Source of the DNA: Eledone cirrhosa
Taxonomy: Eukaryota
Assembly (NCBI GenBank): GCA_964016885.1
Contig: OZ024740.1
Location: 394,568,001-394,632,000 of the forward strand
Direction: 5' to 3'
DNA: 64,000 bases
Shown: positions 59,493 through 64,000 of the stretch, piece after piece
Position numbering within the stretch: position 1 is the first letter of the stretch
Layout: each line of letters opens with the position of its first letter
Translations under genes and position numbers: made by a program
Notes under the pieces: generated by a model
The model's database searches: none
What the model saw: the letters and a program-made list of their open reading frames with translations, nothing else
What the model was told of the DNA's origin: nothing

Positions 59493-60027
59493 CCCACTTG
59501 CTTCAATTCCCAATGATATTACTCTCCATACCTGTAATTGCTTCTCTACACAATTCTGTATAATGATCCTTGATCGATTTCGACAATTCGTTTTCAGTTC
59601 TATCAACTGAACATCCAGCTCTAGAAGTAACATATAGTAACATATTCCAGAGACACGTGTGCCATTAAAATAATATCCTAAAGTATAAAAATGACACAAT
59701 ACGTAACAAAGCTAGGCCTTTGAATTAGAGGATTCCACGCAATACTTAGCCAATTTCACTCAGAAAGCTTTGGTTGGCCCTGATCTATGGTAAAGCCACT
59801 TGTCCAAGATGCCATGATTTAGAATCGTAGTTGGTGCATTATGATTGCGAAGCGAACTTATTAACTATTCAGCTAAACCTGTGCCTACTACTATTTCTTT
59901 AAACAGGTACCACTCCAAACATCAACTAACACTAGTTCTACACGTCACTATGCCTTACTATCTCTCTCTCTCTTTCTCTCGTCTACCTATCTATCTATCT
60001 ATCTTTCGTTTTCTCTCTCTCTCTCTC

Positions 60028-60123
<96 letters not shown>

Positions 60124-60260
60124 ATATTACCAAATGGAAAGTATATTTATAAAACCATATTTATTTCATTATACATATTTCAAGGGCCACCAATGCAGAT
60201 TATTATATCAGTTATAAAAATATTTTGCTTGTTGTATCCCAACAAATTAAATATAACCTC

Positions 60261-60299
<39 letters not shown>

Positions 60300-60312
<13 letters not shown>

Positions 60313-60569
60313 TGTATATATAGTGTATTTTGCAATACACTGTATGCTTAATTAAAAGCATTTCGAAGACCTTATGCTATTGTTTTAAAGTAGTGACAGT
60401 CTCACTTACTTTAAATTTTCAGCAAGTGATTTAAAGTAAGTGAGACTGTCACTACTTTAAAACAATAGCATAAGGTCTTCGAAATGCTTTTAATTAAGCA
60501 TACAGTGTATTGCAAAATACACTGTATATACATTCATATATATATATCGCTATTTCAGAGCGCCAATTC

Positions 60570-60577
<8 letters not shown>
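60300..60577 (+). mobile_element. Fold-back insertion with ~110-bp arms and short tail
   Basis: ~60306-60416 is inverted to 60429-60539, tail 60548-60577. Confidence 0.85.
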
Positions 60578-60616
<39 letters not shown>

Positions 60617-60620
<4 letters not shown>

Positions 60621-61573
60621 CTTGCCTACAGACGCTCACAGCCCTCCCAAGCGGAACGGCAATCAGCGGAGACTTCCCTTCGACATTCTATAGGGGATTA
60701 GTGGAGTATAAGTGCGACGATGTTCTCGGGGAAACTCTAGGCATCAAGGAGGAGGAACTGACCAGTCTGTTCGGGAGGACTTTCCGTCCAGGGCCTATGG
60801 ATGACTTTTAGAGGTCTCTGGCCTGGCAGTGCTACCGAGGAGCTCTACCAGTTCGAGACGAAATCTACAGGCACGGACGCCCTGGCAGAGATCCTGCCAA
60901 AAGGACCTGTCCAATATGCGAGCAGGACATCGAAACCGTTCAGCACGCAATTGTTCAGTGCCCAGGGGTGACTGACCTGTGGAATTATGTCGAACAGCTA
61001 CTGTCACGTGTGGAACGCATCCAGTTGTCAGCCGAGTCCATCGTGAGGATCACCCCGCCGCCTTCATTTAAGAACGAAGAAGAGGCGGTTTTCCTCTGTC
61101 TGGTGGCTATGGCGAAAGAGGTAATATGGTGGACGAGGTTAAAAGGACTGAGGGCAAACACCTTTCTCTCCGGACAACAACTTATCCCCTTCTTTAAGTA
61201 TCACTTCAGAAGGAAGGTGAGAGTGGAGAGAGAGGTGCTACACCCCAGTAAATTCGGTGAAAGGTGGGTGAATGTGGCGAAAATGGCCCGAGTGAATGGG
61301 CGTTCTCTGTATATAAACCTGTAGGTTGAGGAAGATAAACAGAGGGAAGACAGGCACACCTACAAAACGTGTTCCTGGTGTTGAGGGTTGTTCTTTCCAC
61401 GGGGTGTAAAACAACACTGAAGTAACGTTCCCCCCTACTGGGGATTTCAATTGTTATTTTATTATATATAGTTTATTGTTATTTATTAATGTTAAAGTTA
61501 TTTTTATGTAAACCCCCACCGTCACGTCTTGTAATGTCCCATCTTTGTACGCCCCTGTGGCAAATAAAGAAAG
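60617..61573 (+). mobile_element. Tx1/L1-type LINE 3' part (ORF2 C-terminus + 3' UTR)
   Basis: SLAWQCYRGALPVRD..CPICEQDIETVQHAIVQCP (zf-RVT-like CCHC). Ends aataaagaaag next to (TATC)n. Confidence 0.88.
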
Positions 61574-61602
61574 ATATCTATCTATCGATCTATCTATCTA
61601 TC

Positions 61603-64000
61603 TGTGGGATGAACACACGCGTGAAACTGGTTGGGTAAGTTCTGCCTAAATTTTTATAGAAATTCCTAACTGTGAACCTTCATTTTTATATCAACTTGTA
61701 GAGGGACTGCCAGGTCAAATTTTGATCTGATCAGTCTTTCAAAATATGTTACGCCTTTAGGTGAAATAGTACATAAAAAGTGTTTTTTGGAAAGGCTAAC
61801 ATTTTTAAAAAATGGCTGAAGCTTCTTCATCAAAATTCGAAGGAGGAAAATGGAAGATATGCTTACAGCTTCCCCCTGCCACTGTCATAGTAGCAGATGT
61901 CAAAGACAAAGGACAGCCAGAGGAAGGATTTTCTCCACCTGCTGACCTACAACTTGATGTTGCCATGACAACAAACCAAAACAACACAACCAGCGGCACC
62001 AGCAACAACAAGAACAACAATGCTATTAACGAAAACACAACTTCACAAATGAATTCCGCAACCACAGATCAAGCAATTGCGAACTACAAAAACAAAAACA
62101 ACAATAACAACAACAACGACAACAATGACACCAACAACAACAGCAACAATGATGACAACAACACCAACAGCAGCAACAATAATGACAACAACACCAACAA
62201 GAACAATTCCACAAACAAGGAAAAAAAGGGCTCATTTGCACAAACTGTTCAAAATACAGAACTATATACACAGATTGATATCTCTAATGCCGGAGAATTG
62301 CTAAGAGATGCCAAGCAATATATAACTTTTGGAGAGAATGGCGCTTTTAGCATCACTTCTCCCCAAGAATTGCGTAGAGACACTGTCCTGAAAACCATAG
62401 TTTTTAGGACAATCTCAAATACCACCAGAAAACCAGCTCAATTAACTCAAAACGAAATTGAGCTGATCCTAAGAAACTCCATGAAGGACATTGCCTTCAT
62501 ACAAAAGGGAAAACTCTTCGGGAGTTTATCAATAATAGTGAAAGACCAATTAACGGCACAGAAATATTCTGTGTCGCCAATTGTGTCCCCCCTCTACACG
62601 TTTTTTCCCTACATACATGGGAAAAAGGACCCCAAAAATAAAAATAACAAACATCACACCAAATGTAAATATCTGGTGGATAATAGCTGGTTTCATCAAT
62701 GTTGATGAAGACACGGTAATTTCGGTAGGAAAGTCCTCCAGGAGCATATTCAACGTTACAAACTTAGAAGTTCTGGTCCAAATGAGACCAGAACGGATAG
62801 CTAGAATACCACAACGTGTGCCTCTGGATGGAAATTCCTACATAAACATTTCTGTTGAGAGTAGGAGGCCTTCATGTTACCACTGTTTAAGCAGTGGTCA
62901 CCTGAGGGCTTCCTGTCGTCAATTAACTGCAGTAAAAAAGGCACTATTGCCGACACCCAACACAACAACACAACCACCACCACCACAACAACAACGCACA
63001 AAAACAAACCAACTGCAAGCACAGTCCCACCCAACCCGTCCCCACCTAAAACACCCACACACATAACAGCTCCTCAAAATGTACCCCTCCCCAACAACAC
63101 GGATGAGGCCTCAACATCGTCACCCAGTGACGATGAAGGAGAGCCTTTCCGACCAGTAAAAAGAAAAAGGAAAAGACATAACACAAACAAAAATGCAACA
63201 AACACACAAACACCAATACAAGCGACGCAAACAGCGCAAACAAAACACCCCCTCCTGAAAACAAAACACCTACTAAAAAACGTAAACACCCACAAGAACC
63301 ACAGAAAAAAGCAACACAACACAACAAAAATGTTACACCGACATAAATACTAACAATAAAACTTTAACAGACACCATATGTAAAAACCCTTCGGTCTCCA
63401 CCGAAGGGAAAACTTTTACACACTCTGCGGAGAATCCTAATCTTAAAATGATTAGGATCTCCATGGACACACATAAACAGTTAAAAGAAAATTTCCTAAC
63501 GACGTAGGTAACTCCTGCGTCAAACCCTATAACCGCGTCCTTATGAAATGTTTCCCCACCCCCACCCCAGACACCCCCATCCCCACCAAACATCTCCGTC
63601 CCCACCTCGCCAGACCACCATCTCACCAAACAAGCCCTCCAACACCCCCATGGAAATTGTGCAGCCTGGTCCCCAGGAGACGAAGAAGTGAGTGATTTCT
63701 TTTCCTCTTCTTTTAACTTTTCAGCACCAACAAGGCCAATATAAGAGTTGGATGTGTGAATGTACGCGGACTGGGGATGCCCTGGAAACAGGGAAAACTC
63801 TTAAACGACCTCAGGTCGCACAGTATGGATGTAGTAGCCATTTGTGAGTCCAGGATCTACAGCGAGCGACAACTGGCATCCATCTTCGACGACTTTGAGA
63901 TCTACACATCTCTCTGTCAGCCGGGTGGTGGAGGTGGGGTTGCCGTTGTGCTGCGGAAACACCTGGACCTTCTAACACAGACAGTACATCTGGACCAGGA
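61603..64000 (+). mobile_element. 5' part of a Tx1/L1-type LINE: frameshifted ORF1 (from 61812) and start of ORF2 APE endonuclease
   Basis: ORF1 zinc knuckle CYHCLSSGHLRASC. From ~63720 it reads IRVGCVNVRGL..DVVAICESR..GGGVAVVL (APE motifs). Confidence 0.9.

Overview
AT-rich, microsatellite-saturated animal intergenic or intronic DNA with no recognisable host exon. The repeat content resembles an octopus/cephalopod genome (inference). It holds two near-full-length Penelope-like retroelements (PLEs; RT + GIY-YIG) at ~0.7-4.9 kb and ~31.8-36.1 kb, further PLE remnants, Tx1/L1-type LINEs at the right end, RTE fragments, ~12 young tRNA-derived Meta-domain SINEs, and mariner, Tigger and Helitron remnants. 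The main signal is about 14 insertions in (TA)n tracts that share a fold-back layout: two inverted arms facing outward, one ending at a fixed TA-like point and the other extended by a short tail. Many carry hammerhead ribozyme (HHR) motifs: canonical CUGANGA cores with palindromic minimal stem III, plus recurring CCGANGA, UUGANAA and CAGNNGA variants. Two ORF-less HHR units (546 nt and 443 nt) have terminal redundancy like retrozymes. All structures were read by eye and no folding or database searches were run. Most listed ORFs are microsatellite artefacts.
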